Assembly: GCA_965202625.1 (NCBI GenBank)
Contig: CBDBBI010000010.1
Span: 1,345,489 to 1,409,488, forward strand
DNA: 64,000 nucleotides
Direction: 5' to 3'
Source: a bacterium
GTDB taxonomy: Bacteria; UBA8248
The notes under the pieces were generated by a model. That model had not been told where the DNA came from and made no database searches. It was given only the letters and a program-made list of their open reading frames with translations. Positions within the stretch are counted from its first letter, which is position 1. Each line of letters starts with the position of its first letter. Below are positions 1 to 9,023 of this stretch, piece by piece. The position numbers and the translations under genes are program-made.

Positions 1-274
1 AGTCGGCGGTGTTCTCGACCCAATAGCGGCTGTCGTGGATCTCGGACGACTCAGAGATGCGGGCGAGGGTCGTATCGAGCAGATCGTCATCAAGCGGCGT
101 CGCGTCAATGGTGATGAGTTTTTCCAGGTCTGTGTCGATGCGGTTCTCAAGCGCGAGATCCATCAACACCGCGCCCGCAAGCGCAAAGCGCATCGACCAT
201 ACGGGCACCTGGACGAAATTCCCGCTCTCGTCATCCAGAGTCAAGAGCAATATTTCTTCCGCGAACCTCAACAT
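1..274 (-). CDS. GPP34/GOLPH3-family protein, N-terminal part (runs off left edge; absent from supplied ORF track)
   Basis: Manual translation from ATG at 274: MLRFAEEILLLTLDDESGNFVQVPVWSMRFALAGAVLMDLALENRIDTDLEK..., matching the EEILLL..LDD / LAGAVLMDLAL..RI pattern of GPP34 proteins. Confidence 0.8.
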   Translation of the reverse strand, partial: MLRFAEEILLLTLDDESGNFVQVPVWSMRFALAGAVLMDLALENRIDTDLEKLITIDATPLDDDLLDTTLARISESSEIHDSRYWVENTAD

Positions 275-535
275 ACTACTTTCTCTCCAACCGGCGGCGA
301 CTGCGCGCGCATCGCGAATACATGGAAAAAGACGACCGATACATCCAGCGCGCCTGCCCTAGCCTCGTTCTCTCTCTCAACGCTCAGCGGATCCTGATTA
401 TAAGATGCATTATATCTTCTCATATCTTCGCCTTGACGAATGCACGCTATCATAACCGCATCGGACCTGCAAGGGCGCCTGGAGTCGATGCAGCCGGACA
501 AAAATAATTGCGAACGGCTCGTAAAACGGCCGTGC

Positions 536-597
536 AAGGGCGTTGCAAAAGTCCCTCAAAGCAGGCCATCAAGCGTGATGGCGGCGAGGGCGTCCGC
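536..597 (+). repeat. 62-bp structured dispersed repeat, copy 1 (REP/MITE-like or ncRNA)
   Basis: 58/62 identical to the reverse complement of 21522-21583; nested stems GGGCG/CGTCC, CCCTC/GAGGG, GCCATCA/TGATGGC. Confidence 0.85.
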
Positions 598-684
598 ATC
601 CGCCGCGCGCGCGATGTCGGGATGCGCGGAAAAGCGCTTCTCTCCTCACTCGATGAAACCGCTCTTCCTCTTTTCTTTTCTCCC

Positions 685-1734
685 TCAGTCGGAGATGACT
701 TCCTGAATGAAGCGCTCGGCAACGGCGCGCCAACTGAAAGAGGCCGCGCGCGCACCTCCGCGGCGCCCCAGTTTTTCGCGCAGTTCCGCATCCTTCAACA
801 GATCAACCAGCGCGTCGGCCAGGGCAGCCGCCCCGTCATCCGGCGGCAGGAGAACGCCGGCGTCGCCCACGATTTCAGGCGTCGCCGCGACCCGCAGGGC
901 CACCACGGGCAGACCCGCCGCCATGGCCTCCAGGAAAACGATGCCGAAACCCTCCTGTAAAGAGGGAAGACAGAATATATCCGCCGCCGCGTATTCACGG
1001 CGCACGGCCTCATCGTCCGGAAGCGCGCCAAGAAGCGTCACGGCGTGGCCCAGCCCCAGGCGATGCGTCTGTTTTTGCAGGAGGTTGAAATTCGGCCCGC
1101 CACCTACGACGCGCAGCCTGGCCTCTGGGACGCGGGCGAGGACTTTCGGCATGGCGCGGATCAGGCTCCTTGTGTTTTTTCTGGGATATTGCCTCGCCAC
1201 CGAGAGGATGGTGTGGCCCGACGACCTCCTCATCCCCCTTACGCGCTCCCAATGAGGCGGATGAATCCCGTTGGGCACGACGCCCACCTTCTCCGCCGTC
1301 AGACCATAGGCTTCGCAGGCCACCCCCCGGCTGTATTCGCTGGTGACGATGACCTTATCGGCGCGGCGCGCATTGGCGCGCTCCAGATGGGCGAGGACGC
1401 GCAGATATTGACGCGGCGCCCCGCGCTCGAATCGCATCTCATCGGACGCGACCCCGTGCAGATAGACGATGAAGGGCGCCCTGACGCTCAAATCAAAGCC
1501 ATCGATATCGAAACCCACGATGAGGTCGAAACCATCAAGCGGTACCCGCTCCTTCAACTCCAGGTTATACAGGAGCCTTTGAAGGAGAAGGCTCGCTGCG
1601 CGCTCGTCGGGGCCGACGATCTCCACCGTATGCCCGTTCGCCTCCAGCCCTCCCGCAAGACCCGTTATGGCCGCCGCCGTGCCCGACCCTCTCGCCGTAT
1701 TCAAGGTCCAGGAGTTCAGAAAAGCGATCCGCAA
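685..1734 (-). CDS. Glycosyltransferase family 4 (GT-B)
   Basis: DIFCLPSLQEGFGIVFLEAMAAGLPVV (E-x7-E motif), TILSVARQYPRKN. Confidence 0.93.
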   Translation of the reverse strand: MRIAFLNSWTLNTARGSGTAAAITGLAGGLEANGHTVEIVGPDERAASLLLQRLLYNLELKERVPLDGFDLIVGFDIDGFDLSVRAPFIVYLHGVASDEMRFERGAPRQYLRVLAHLERANARRADKVIVTSEYSRGVACEAYGLTAEKVGVVPNGIHPPHWERVRGMRRSSGHTILSVARQYPRKNTRSLIRAMPKVLARVPEARLRVVGGGPNFNLLQKQTHRLGLGHAVTLLGALPDDEAVRREYAAADIFCLPSLQEGFGIVFLEAMAAGLPVVALRVAATPEIVGDAGVLLPPDDGAAALADALVDLLKDAELREKLGRRGGARAASFSWRAVAERFIQEVISD

Positions 1735-1749
1735 ACTTTCTTCTCCCCC

Positions 1750-1782
1750 AAAAGAAAAGAGGGCGCGGCTCCGCGCCCCCCT
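1750..1782 (-). terminator. Probable Rho-independent terminator downstream of phhB
   Basis: Minus strand GGGCGCG-GAGC-CGCGCCC hairpin followed by TCTTTTCTTTT, about 25 nt after the phhB stop. Confidence 0.55.
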
Positions 1783-1802
1783 TCATCACAAGAATGTGCT
1801 TC

Positions 1803-2135
1803 CTACAGCGCTTGATCCGATTTGGCCGCGAAGACGAAATCACTCTCCGTCAAGCCGTCTATCTTGTGCGTCCAGACGGTGATCCTCACCTTCCCCCACG
1901 CCAGATAGATGTCGGGATGATGCCCCTGCGCCTCGGCCATCTCGCCTACGCGATTCGTGAAATCAAGCGCCGTCCTAAAATCGGGAAAGCGATATTCCTT
2001 CTCCAAATGATGCGCATCCACCACGCGCCAATCGCCCCCCAACTGCTTTTGCAGGGCGGAGAGCGCGTCTCCTTTCAAGGGTGGAACGCCGCCTTTGCAT
2101 GGGACGCATTCTTTGGCCGCAAGATCGCCGCTCAT
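1803..2135 (-). CDS. phhB: Pterin-4-alpha-carbinolamine dehydratase
   Basis: C-x-P-C-x-GG-x-PPL N-terminus, AEAQGHHPDI, WTHKIDGLTESDFVFAAK; GAGGAG RBS. Confidence 0.93.
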   Translation of the reverse strand: MSGDLAAKECVPCKGGVPPLKGDALSALQKQLGGDWRVVDAHHLEKEYRFPDFRTALDFTNRVGEMAEAQGHHPDIYLAWGKVRITVWTHKIDGLTESDFVFAAKSDQAL

Positions 2136-2206
2136 GGGCTTACTCCTCTATGAACAGAAAAAACTGTATATCCCCACAACAATAACGCCTCATCATCGCG
2201 CCTTTT

Positions 2207-2370
2207 TCAAAAAGCCGCAAGAACGCGCAAGCCCCCCTTGAGGGAGGACAAGACGTCTCGGGCGCACTTCTCCATGTTGGACGCGGCCTTCTCCGCGCTC
2301 AGGTTCCCGAAGTGAAAATCAATGGCCATGCCCCCAAAACCCATCTTTTCCTGTTGCGCAAGAATGCCCG
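2207..2370 (-). pseudogene. 3' remnant of an LLM-class (luciferase-like) flavin oxidoreductase
   Basis: QEKMGFGGMAIDFHFGNLSAEKAASNMEKCARDVLSSLK resembles the LLM C-terminal FG.L......NM...A..V...L pattern; no recognisable N-terminal part. Confidence 0.45.
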
Positions 2371-2545
2371 ACGCAAACCTTTGGCCGCGCGCGCGATGAG
2401 CTGCGGCCTGTGGGCGATACGCTCCTGGCCGTCGGGCCTCCCGTGTCAAAGCGCCATGAAGGGTTCTCTCTACTGCGGGCGCGCGTCTGGTCATCATCCC
2501 GCCCGATGCTCTCAGGAACGCGCAAAGAGGGGATGACTCCCATTC

Positions 2546-3448
2546 CTAGGAGACGGTGGCATCGACAAAGCGCATGTTCACCGCCCGATCGTAGGAAACG
2601 CCCGTTTTTATCAACCCGCCGCTCAGACACGCGGCTCGCAGCCATGCAAAGCTCTCGCGCGTCAAGCGGGGGTCCTGGTTCCAAATGCCCATTTTCTGAT
2701 ACCGCGCGATGGATTGGGACAAAAGCCTGAAGGGAACGTCCTCAAAATAGGGCTTCACGCACCGGGCGACTTCCTCCGAGTCGCACTCGGCGAGCCAGCG
2801 CCCCGTCTTGCGCATGGCTCTCGTCATGCCGAGAGCGGATTCGGGATGCTCTCGCAAAAATACGGCTGTAGCGTAGAAAGCCGTATAGGTCGTCAAACCC
2901 CGACTCGCCGCCGCGTACCAGATATGGCCCGCGCCTTCCTGAACCATCTCTTCCACAAAAGGCTGAAACGTCTGGATGACGTCCACGTCTCCAGAACGCA
3001 GAGCCTCGGCGTTCTCGCCCATCGTCCGCTCCGGCGCCCTGTCCACGTCCTTCGGGTGGAGCCCGGCCAAGCGCAAATCATGCTGAAGGCACATCCAGGG
3101 GGTAGGCACCTCGCTGACCGCCGCGATCCTCCTTCCCATCAGATCGCCCACCTGAAATTCCGAATTCGGCGTCCTGGCGACGAGAAAAAACGGATCCCGG
3201 CAAACGACCTCGCAAAAAATCTTCAAGTCGCACGCAGGATTTTGATCATGCGCCACCATGACGCGCATGGGTCCGCCCCAGCTGACGTGGGCGGTGCCGA
3301 ACATCAGCAGGTTCGCTGTTCGAGAGGGGTCAGGCGACGCCTCCAGGGCCACGTCAACGCCTTCCTCCTCATAAGCTCCCAACGCGAAGGCGGCGTAAAA
3401 CGGCGTGTAAAAAACAGCGCGGAAGTTCTCAAGCAAGATAATACGCAA
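2546..3448 (-). CDS. ABC-type substrate-binding protein, NMT1/THI5/SsuA-like
   Basis: FYTPFYAAFALGAYEEEGVDV, DVIQTFQPFVEE, TYTAFYAT; TTG start; no obvious signal peptide. Confidence 0.8.
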   Translation of the reverse strand: MRIILLENFRAVFYTPFYAAFALGAYEEEGVDVALEASPDPSRTANLLMFGTAHVSWGGPMRVMVAHDQNPACDLKIFCEVVCRDPFFLVARTPNSEFQVGDLMGRRIAAVSEVPTPWMCLQHDLRLAGLHPKDVDRAPERTMGENAEALRSGDVDVIQTFQPFVEEMVQEGAGHIWYAAASRGLTTYTAFYATAVFLREHPESALGMTRAMRKTGRWLAECDSEEVARCVKPYFEDVPFRLLSQSIARYQKMGIWNQDPRLTRESFAWLRAACLSGGLIKTGVSYDRAVNMRFVDATVS

Positions 3449-3659
3449 ACAAACCTCCCGATAAACTCGGAACGACCCGGCTCAGCCACCCGCCTCCGCG
3501 CTCAAAATCGCCCATCGCGCTTCCTCGTACGTCAGGTGGATTTCCTCCGCGCGCCGAGCCGCGCACCGTGATGCCCCGGAACGGCTTCCTCCCGTTGCCG
3601 TTCTTGCCGGTGGGCAGTCAAGCGCATACCAAACTCTCATCCGTCCATCTCGCGGCGTA

Positions 3660-3705
3660 TTCTGCCGACACAAAAAATTCACTTCTGCCGACACAAAAAA
3701 TTCAC
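3660..3705. repeat. Perfect 23-bp tandem duplication TTCTGCCGACACAAAAAATTCAC x2
   Basis: Direct reading: 3660-3682 and 3683-3705. Confidence 0.95.
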
Positions 3706-3726
3706 TGAAAATGAGGGCTTCATCCC

Positions 3727-3756
3727 GCCATGTTCCACGATGTTCCGCCATGTTCC
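3727..3756. repeat. Three 10-bp-period direct repeats with ATGTTCC core
   Basis: GCCATGTTCC ACGATGTTCC GCCATGTTCC. Confidence 0.8.
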
Positions 3757-4009
3757 GCATGGGAAAAACGCCACCTCCATATCCGCCAGCAGAGATGCGC
3801 CCTCAACCCAAAGAGACGAGCCGCGCCATCCAGACACTGAATCTATGCCAAGCCCACCTTGGATATTCCGATGTTCTTTTGAGCGTCCGGCCCCGGCGTC
3901 CATCTTTCCACGATGAGATGATCGTTGCCGATTTTCCGCATCCAGAAGAGCTTGCCATATTGTGTCACTACCCGGGCACAGTCCGAATGACAGACATGCT
4001 CTATTCGCC

Positions 4010-5983
4010 TTACGCGGAACCGGCATCTCCTACCATGGCGGCGGGCTTGGGTTCTCCCTCCTCGGCGAGGCGTCTTTTCTGAATGAGGAAAACCACTCCG
4101 AGTATGAGCGCGCCCACCGCGTGGTTCCAGTAGCCCGGCCAGAACAAGAGTCCGGCGGATAAGAAAAGGAGGGCGCGCATCGACCGCGAGAAAGAGAAAT
4201 ACATGAAGCCCACCATGGCAGCGGCCAGTGCCTGAAAACCGAGCAAGGCGGCGGCGAAAGTCTCCAAAAATGCCCAGGTCTGCCGAATCAGAAGAATCGG
4301 TGTGAAAGCAAACATCAAGGGCAGAATGTACATGCCCTTTGCCGTGCGGAAAGACGCCCAGGCGGCCTTCGCCGGATTGGCGTTCGCTATCCCCGCCGCC
4401 GTATAGGCGGGCACGCACACAGGGGGGGTGAAACAGCTGTCCAGGCTATACCAAAATACGATGAGATGGGCCGAGAGAAGCGAGAGATTGTATGGCTCTC
4501 CAAGCTCCAGGAGCGCGGGCACCGCCATGACCGACAAAACGATGTAGGCCGCACTCGTCGGCAGGCCCATTCCGAGCACGAACGAGGCCACGCCTACCAG
4601 GAGAATCCCCAAAAACAGGCTGTCGTTCGCCAAATTCGTGACCAACGAGGAAAATTTAAGGCCCAGACCCGTCTGAAACAAAGCCCCCATGATGATGCCC
4701 ACCGCACCCACGGCCGCGCATATCGGAAGCGATTGCACCGCGCCCTTCTCCAAAGCCAGAATAATGTTCCAAAGCCCGCGGGCCGCCTCGCCCGCGACTT
4801 CGCTGACGCTCGTCCCCTCCGTCCTGGCCTTTTTCCATAAAACGAGACCTCCTTTAAGTCCCGCCAGAAGCACGACCGCCAAAATGCCGGCGAGGCCCGC
4901 GTAGGGAACGCTGCGCCCCGTCATCAGAATCACCAAGATCACGATCGGGGGAAGAAGATAGAACCACCCGTCTCTCATGATGGGACCCAAAGGGGGTATC
5001 ATATCTCTGGGCATTCCCACGAGTCCCTCTTTTCTCGCCTCCAGGTGAACGATCGCATAGACGGAGAAGAAATACAGAACGGCCGGCAGAATCGATACTT
5101 TCACGATTTCCCAATACGATATACCGGTGAATTCCACGATCAAGAACGCGGACGCTCCCATGACAGGCGGCATGATTTGCCCTCCGGTGGAGGCCGCCGT
5201 CTCAATCGCCGCCGCTATTTCGGGTCTGAATCCCGTGCGCTTCATCATCGGAATGGTGAACGAACCCGTCGTCACCACGTTCGCGTTGGCACTGCCCATG
5301 ATCGTTCCCGTCATCGCGCTGGCGAAAACCGCAGCCTTCGCCGGCCCGCCCCGCAACTTGCCCGCCACCGACATGGAAAGCTTCACGTAAAAATCAGCCG
5401 CCCCCATGCGGTCCAAAAACGCGCCGAACAGGATAAAGAGGAATATGTAAACCGAAAAAACGCTCAGGGGCGCCGTCCAGAGACCATCATACGTCATGTA
5501 CTGATGATCCACGATGTGCATGTAAGATGCGCCCTTGTGGGCCAAGAGCCAAGGAAAATAGGGGCCAAAATAGGAATAGACGATGAAGAAAAGCGATATC
5601 ATCGGCAACGCCAGATTAATGGTCCTTCGCGCCGCCTCGAAGGTGAGCGCCAAAACGACCGTCCCCAAAAACATGTCCATCCATTTCAGCGGATCAACGT
5701 AATACAGGCGGTCCAAAAAATAATCGATGTAGAGTATTGGATAGGCAATTGAGGCGACCGCCAGGAAAAAAATGGCGACCGCCATGGCGGCGCGCCATCC
5801 TCTCCCCATCGGTTTTCTATAGACGATGAATATCAGGGACATTCCGAACAGATAGGAAAGCGTCCTCTGGTAAAGCGGTTCGTATCCTCCCGTATAGGCC
5901 ACCTGGATATGGAAGACGGACATGCCGACCGCTATAGCCAGAACGAGCCAATCCAGAAGAGTTCTTCGCTTATCGATCATCAC
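4010..5983 (-). CDS. TRAP transporter fused permease (4TM/12TM, TAXI-associated)
   Basis: GGPAKAAVFAS, GSANANVVTTGSFTIPMMKRTG, EAAASTGGQIMPPVMGASAF-type motif, LGMGLPTSAAY; highly hydrophobic, 657 aa. Confidence 0.95.
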   Translation of the reverse strand: MMIDKRRTLLDWLVLAIAVGMSVFHIQVAYTGGYEPLYQRTLSYLFGMSLIFIVYRKPMGRGWRAAMAVAIFFLAVASIAYPILYIDYFLDRLYYVDPLKWMDMFLGTVVLALTFEAARRTINLALPMISLFFIVYSYFGPYFPWLLAHKGASYMHIVDHQYMTYDGLWTAPLSVFSVYIFLFILFGAFLDRMGAADFYVKLSMSVAGKLRGGPAKAAVFASAMTGTIMGSANANVVTTGSFTIPMMKRTGFRPEIAAAIETAASTGGQIMPPVMGASAFLIVEFTGISYWEIVKVSILPAVLYFFSVYAIVHLEARKEGLVGMPRDMIPPLGPIMRDGWFYLLPPIVILVILMTGRSVPYAGLAGILAVVLLAGLKGGLVLWKKARTEGTSVSEVAGEAARGLWNIILALEKGAVQSLPICAAVGAVGIIMGALFQTGLGLKFSSLVTNLANDSLFLGILLVGVASFVLGMGLPTSAAYIVLSVMAVPALLELGEPYNLSLLSAHLIVFWYSLDSCFTPPVCVPAYTAAGIANANPAKAAWASFRTAKGMYILPLMFAFTPILLIRQTWAFLETFAAALLGFQALAAAMVGFMYFSFSRSMRALLFLSAGLLFWPGYWNHAVGALILGVVFLIQKRRLAEEGEPKPAAMVGDAGSA

Positions 5984-6009
5984 TGCGCCTCTTTACAACA
6001 AAGAGCGAG

Positions 6010-6993
6010 TCAGTTCGACGCCCCGATCTCTTTGAAGAAGCGCTTGGCACCCTCATGGAGGGGCACGCCGACGTGCATTCCCGCCATTTTGGGGTTCCAT
6101 CTTTTATAGATCTTGTGGACGCCCGAAAGAAATTTTTGCTCGTTCATCGCCGTTTTGAGAATCGAATACACCACGTCGGCATCCATCTTGGCCGTCGTGA
6201 GCAGGACGCCGGAAAGCCCCATCGAGTCCGTCGGCTTGTCACTTCCCTTGTAGATGCCCCCCGGAATCTGGCAAGGCGTGAACCCATGGCTCGCCAGCAT
6301 TTTTTTCACGTCGTCGGCCATGTCCAGGAACACGAGATTCCGGCCCAAGGCCGCCTGGATGCCCGCGCCGTTTGGATCACCCGAGTTGTGGAAATAGAAG
6401 TCGATTTGCCGCGATCGAATGGCGCGCGACATGCCGCCGACGCCCGGAAACGTGACCTTATAGCCCCTTTTCGTGAGCTCCTGATAGCTCGTTCCATAAT
6501 GCTTGACGATCAGGCTCGCCACGTACTCCGTGCTGGTTCCCTTCTTGGCCGGAGCCAGTTTCAACGGCTCTTTCGACTTGATGATGTCTCCCCAAGTCTT
6601 GATCCCTGCGTCATACAGCTCCTTGGCCGCGTATTGGTGATAGCAGGAAGCCCAGAACGTGGCGATCCCCCGGATGTTCTTATACGCTTTTTTATACGGG
6701 GTCTTGCCGCTGATCGCTGCACTGGCGAAATTCGAGAACGAATAAGCGAAATCCGCACCGCCCGTTCCGAGGCGCGCCGGGTTCGCCCGCCCGCCGCCGG
6801 GCACCACGCTGATGATGGCCTTGTCCTGCGTTTTGTTAAAAATCTCGGTGAGACCCGCGCCCAGCCGGCCCATGGTGCCGCGCAGGCTGCCAACCGCCAG
6901 GTCGTATTGCGCAGGCGCCCCATAAGCACCGCCAGCCGTCAAAAACGGCAAAACCAAGGCCAGAACTCCAAACATCATGGTGATTTTTCTCAT
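6010..6993 (-). CDS. TAXI-family TRAP solute-binding subunit
   Basis: Signal peptide; C-terminal VPLHEGAKRFFKE motif; directly upstream of the fused permease. Confidence 0.92.
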   Translation of the reverse strand: MRKITMMFGVLALVLPFLTAGGAYGAPAQYDLAVGSLRGTMGRLGAGLTEIFNKTQDKAIISVVPGGGRANPARLGTGGADFAYSFSNFASAAISGKTPYKKAYKNIRGIATFWASCYHQYAAKELYDAGIKTWGDIIKSKEPLKLAPAKKGTSTEYVASLIVKHYGTSYQELTKRGYKVTFPGVGGMSRAIRSRQIDFYFHNSGDPNGAGIQAALGRNLVFLDMADDVKKMLASHGFTPCQIPGGIYKGSDKPTDSMGLSGVLLTTAKMDADVVYSILKTAMNEQKFLSGVHKIYKRWNPKMAGMHVGVPLHEGAKRFFKEIGASN

Positions 6994-7436
6994 CTTTCCT
7001 CTCCTTCATGAAAGTGACGTTTCTCTTCAACCTTCAACGACATTTATCGTTCCGACTCGCTCAAACCCATCGCGCCTGTTTTCTCCCCCGAGGCGCTCGC
7101 CCCTTTGGACGAACGTCTCAACCCGGGATTTTCCATGCAGGTCTCAGGTTCTGGCGCACGCAGCTTCCATGCGCCTGCCCGCTTCGCCCAAACGCTGAGA
7201 AAAACCTCGACTTTGCATTCTATCACCAGCCATGCAACCCCAAAACGCTGCCCACTGCAAGAATCAAACCCTGCGCTTCGTTCCCTAAAAACGGTCTTTT
7301 ATGTATGCTTTGGGTGAATTGTACAGACGAGAGCGTTTCCGTGTCAACGAACCATATGCGATGGATGGGCGTTCGCGCCCTGCAAAACGGAAGAAACCCA
7401 CAATTCGTTTCCCAGATTCCCAGAAAGGAGCCGCAA

Positions 7437-7787
7437 ATGCCATTTTACCGTTGGGAGGAGATGAGGCAAAAAAACCTGGCCAGTCCCTCTGACTCTGAGG
7501 GCAGCATCATCATCGGCGAGCACCTCACCCTGAACCGCTCGGTGAGTCAGCCTGGCAAGCTGGCCCGCCCGCACGCGCACGGCTGTGAGCAAATGATCAA
7601 CGTCGTCCAGGGAGAGGCATGGTTTCGGGTGGGAGACGAAGAAAAAACCGTGGCCGCAGGCGACGTCATACACATTCCAGCAGGAACGGAGCACGAGTTC
7701 AGAAACATGGGCGGCGTCGAGTTCATCTACCTTTCATTCAAGAACAAATCCGAAGACTGGCCGCCCCCGAGCGCGACCATGAACTAG
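7437..7787 (+). CDS. Cupin-domain protein (start re-assigned to ATG 7437)
   Basis: PHAHGCEQMINVVQG and GDVIHIPAGTEH cupin motifs; AAGGAG RBS before 7437. Confidence 0.88.
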   Translation: MPFYRWEEMRQKNLASPSDSEGSIIIGEHLTLNRSVSQPGKLARPHAHGCEQMINVVQGEAWFRVGDEEKTVAAGDVIHIPAGTEHEFRNMGGVEFIYLSFKNKSEDWPPPSATMN

Positions 7788-8914
7788 TTTTTCGCCTTCA
7801 GACCTGCGTGCAGCTCTTCCGGGTCAATGGGCAGATTGACGGCTTCCTTACGCCTGGCGGAGAGATCGCAAGCCATGCAAAGCATGAGGTTTCTGTGTCC
7901 CTCCGCCCCGGTGGCGTGGGGCATGTCCACCCCCGTGTAGAGGTGCGCGAACCAGGCGAGGGACTCATCGCGCATTGGACCCCAAAACTGGCCTTTGGAC
8001 ATATCCCCCGCCGGATAACTTTCGAGTAGATGCACGTGGCGCTCCTCTCCCCGGTGCGAAGCCAGGGGATTCTCGGACGCCATGATGAAGTCGGCGTGGG
8101 TGTCGTCTATCGTGAACGCGCCCTCCGTCCCCACCACGCTGATCGTGACGCCATAAGTCGACGCGGGCCAGATGGTGGGCATCCCCCAGCCGCACTCCAT
8201 GCTCCAGATGGCACCATCCTCAAAGGTGAAGATGCTGAAGGTCGCATCTTGCGTGCCGACTCCCGTCATCACCCTCGATATCGAACGCGAGACGACCTCC
8301 ACGGGGCACTTCTCTGTCCCCATCACGAAGAGCATGACGTCCAACGCGTGGGTGCCGGATATCACCATGGGTGTCAGGGTGGAGCGATCCTCATTCTTCG
8401 ACAATCGGGTGATTCCGACTTGACGGTTGAGCAGCGCGCGGGTCGTCGCCGAAGTGATCTCGCCCAATACGCCGGACTGGGCGTGCTCGCGCGCCGTGAG
8501 CCAGCGCCTCCTGAAACGCTGGGTATAGCCGACCAGCAGTTCCGCGCCCGCCGTCTCGGCGGCCACCACGATTCTCGCCGACTCCACCGCGTTCGTGGCC
8601 AGCGGCTTTTCCACGAGTATCCTGTGTCCGCACTCTATGGACTCCCACAGCGGCTTGGCGTGCCACTCCTCATCCGTGGCGATGATGACGGCGTTGACCT
8701 CTGATCTTTGGATGAGTTCAGAAAAATCGGTGGTGAAAAAATCGGCGCCGAATTCCCCGGCCATGGCCCTGCCCTTTTTCTCATCCACGTCGCAGCAACC
8801 AAACCATTCCACGCCCGGATACTCTCTGGCACAGCGTGCGCGAATGCGGCCCACGCGCCCGCAACCGACCACCCCCAGGCCAATCGGGTTTCTCCCACCT
8901 CCCAAAACCGCCAT
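7784..8914 (-). CDS. Gfo/Idh/MocA-family oxidoreductase (inositol-dehydrogenase-like), paralogue A
   Basis: GVVGCGRVG Rossmann motif, LVEKPLA, GYTQRF, ISGTH; GGAGG RBS supports start at 8914. Confidence 0.92.
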   Translation of the reverse strand: MAVLGGGRNPIGLGVVGCGRVGRIRARCAREYPGVEWFGCCDVDEKKGRAMAGEFGADFFTTDFSELIQRSEVNAVIIATDEEWHAKPLWESIECGHRILVEKPLATNAVESARIVVAAETAGAELLVGYTQRFRRRWLTAREHAQSGVLGEITSATTRALLNRQVGITRLSKNEDRSTLTPMVISGTHALDVMLFVMGTEKCPVEVVSRSISRVMTGVGTQDATFSIFTFEDGAIWSMECGWGMPTIWPASTYGVTISVVGTEGAFTIDDTHADFIMASENPLASHRGEERHVHLLESYPAGDMSKGQFWGPMRDESLAWFAHLYTGVDMPHATGAEGHRNLMLCMACDLSARRKEAVNLPIDPEELHAGLKAKN

Positions 8915-9023
8915 CACATCCTCCCGCAAAACCCGCCCGTTTCCGAAAACAAGAATGCGCAGGAACCCCTTTCCATCAACGCGACGGTTGACGCGCGAGC
9001 GCCTCTCCAAGCGACGGTGCCCA

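Noticed and set aside
2182-2194. 13-mer ATAACGCCTCATC shared with 27316-27328
   Set aside because: Tens of 13-mer matches are expected by chance in 64 kb; no extension
3449-3660. TPP riboswitch upstream of the NMT1/THI5-like gene
   Set aside because: CTGAG and ACCTGA-like words occur in the wrong order and the rest of the consensus is missing
3660-3705. CRISPR array
   Set aside because: Only two 23-bp units, no spacer, no cas genes
3727-3756. Alphaproteobacterial LexA box (GTTC-N7-GTTC)
   Set aside because: Spacing is N6, and downstream genes are not SOS-related
7008-7436. Long N-terminal extension of the cupin; likewise extensions on ORFs at 7784, 14996, 19713, 20417, 24486, 34770, 50711, 54239
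   Set aside because: Artefacts of earliest-start ORF calling; downstream starts have RBS or stop-start overlaps and domain-typical N-termini
7000-7436. Sigma-54 promoter in divergent intergenic regions (also 17018-17210)
   Set aside because: GG and GC dinucleotides were not at the required 10-nt spacing
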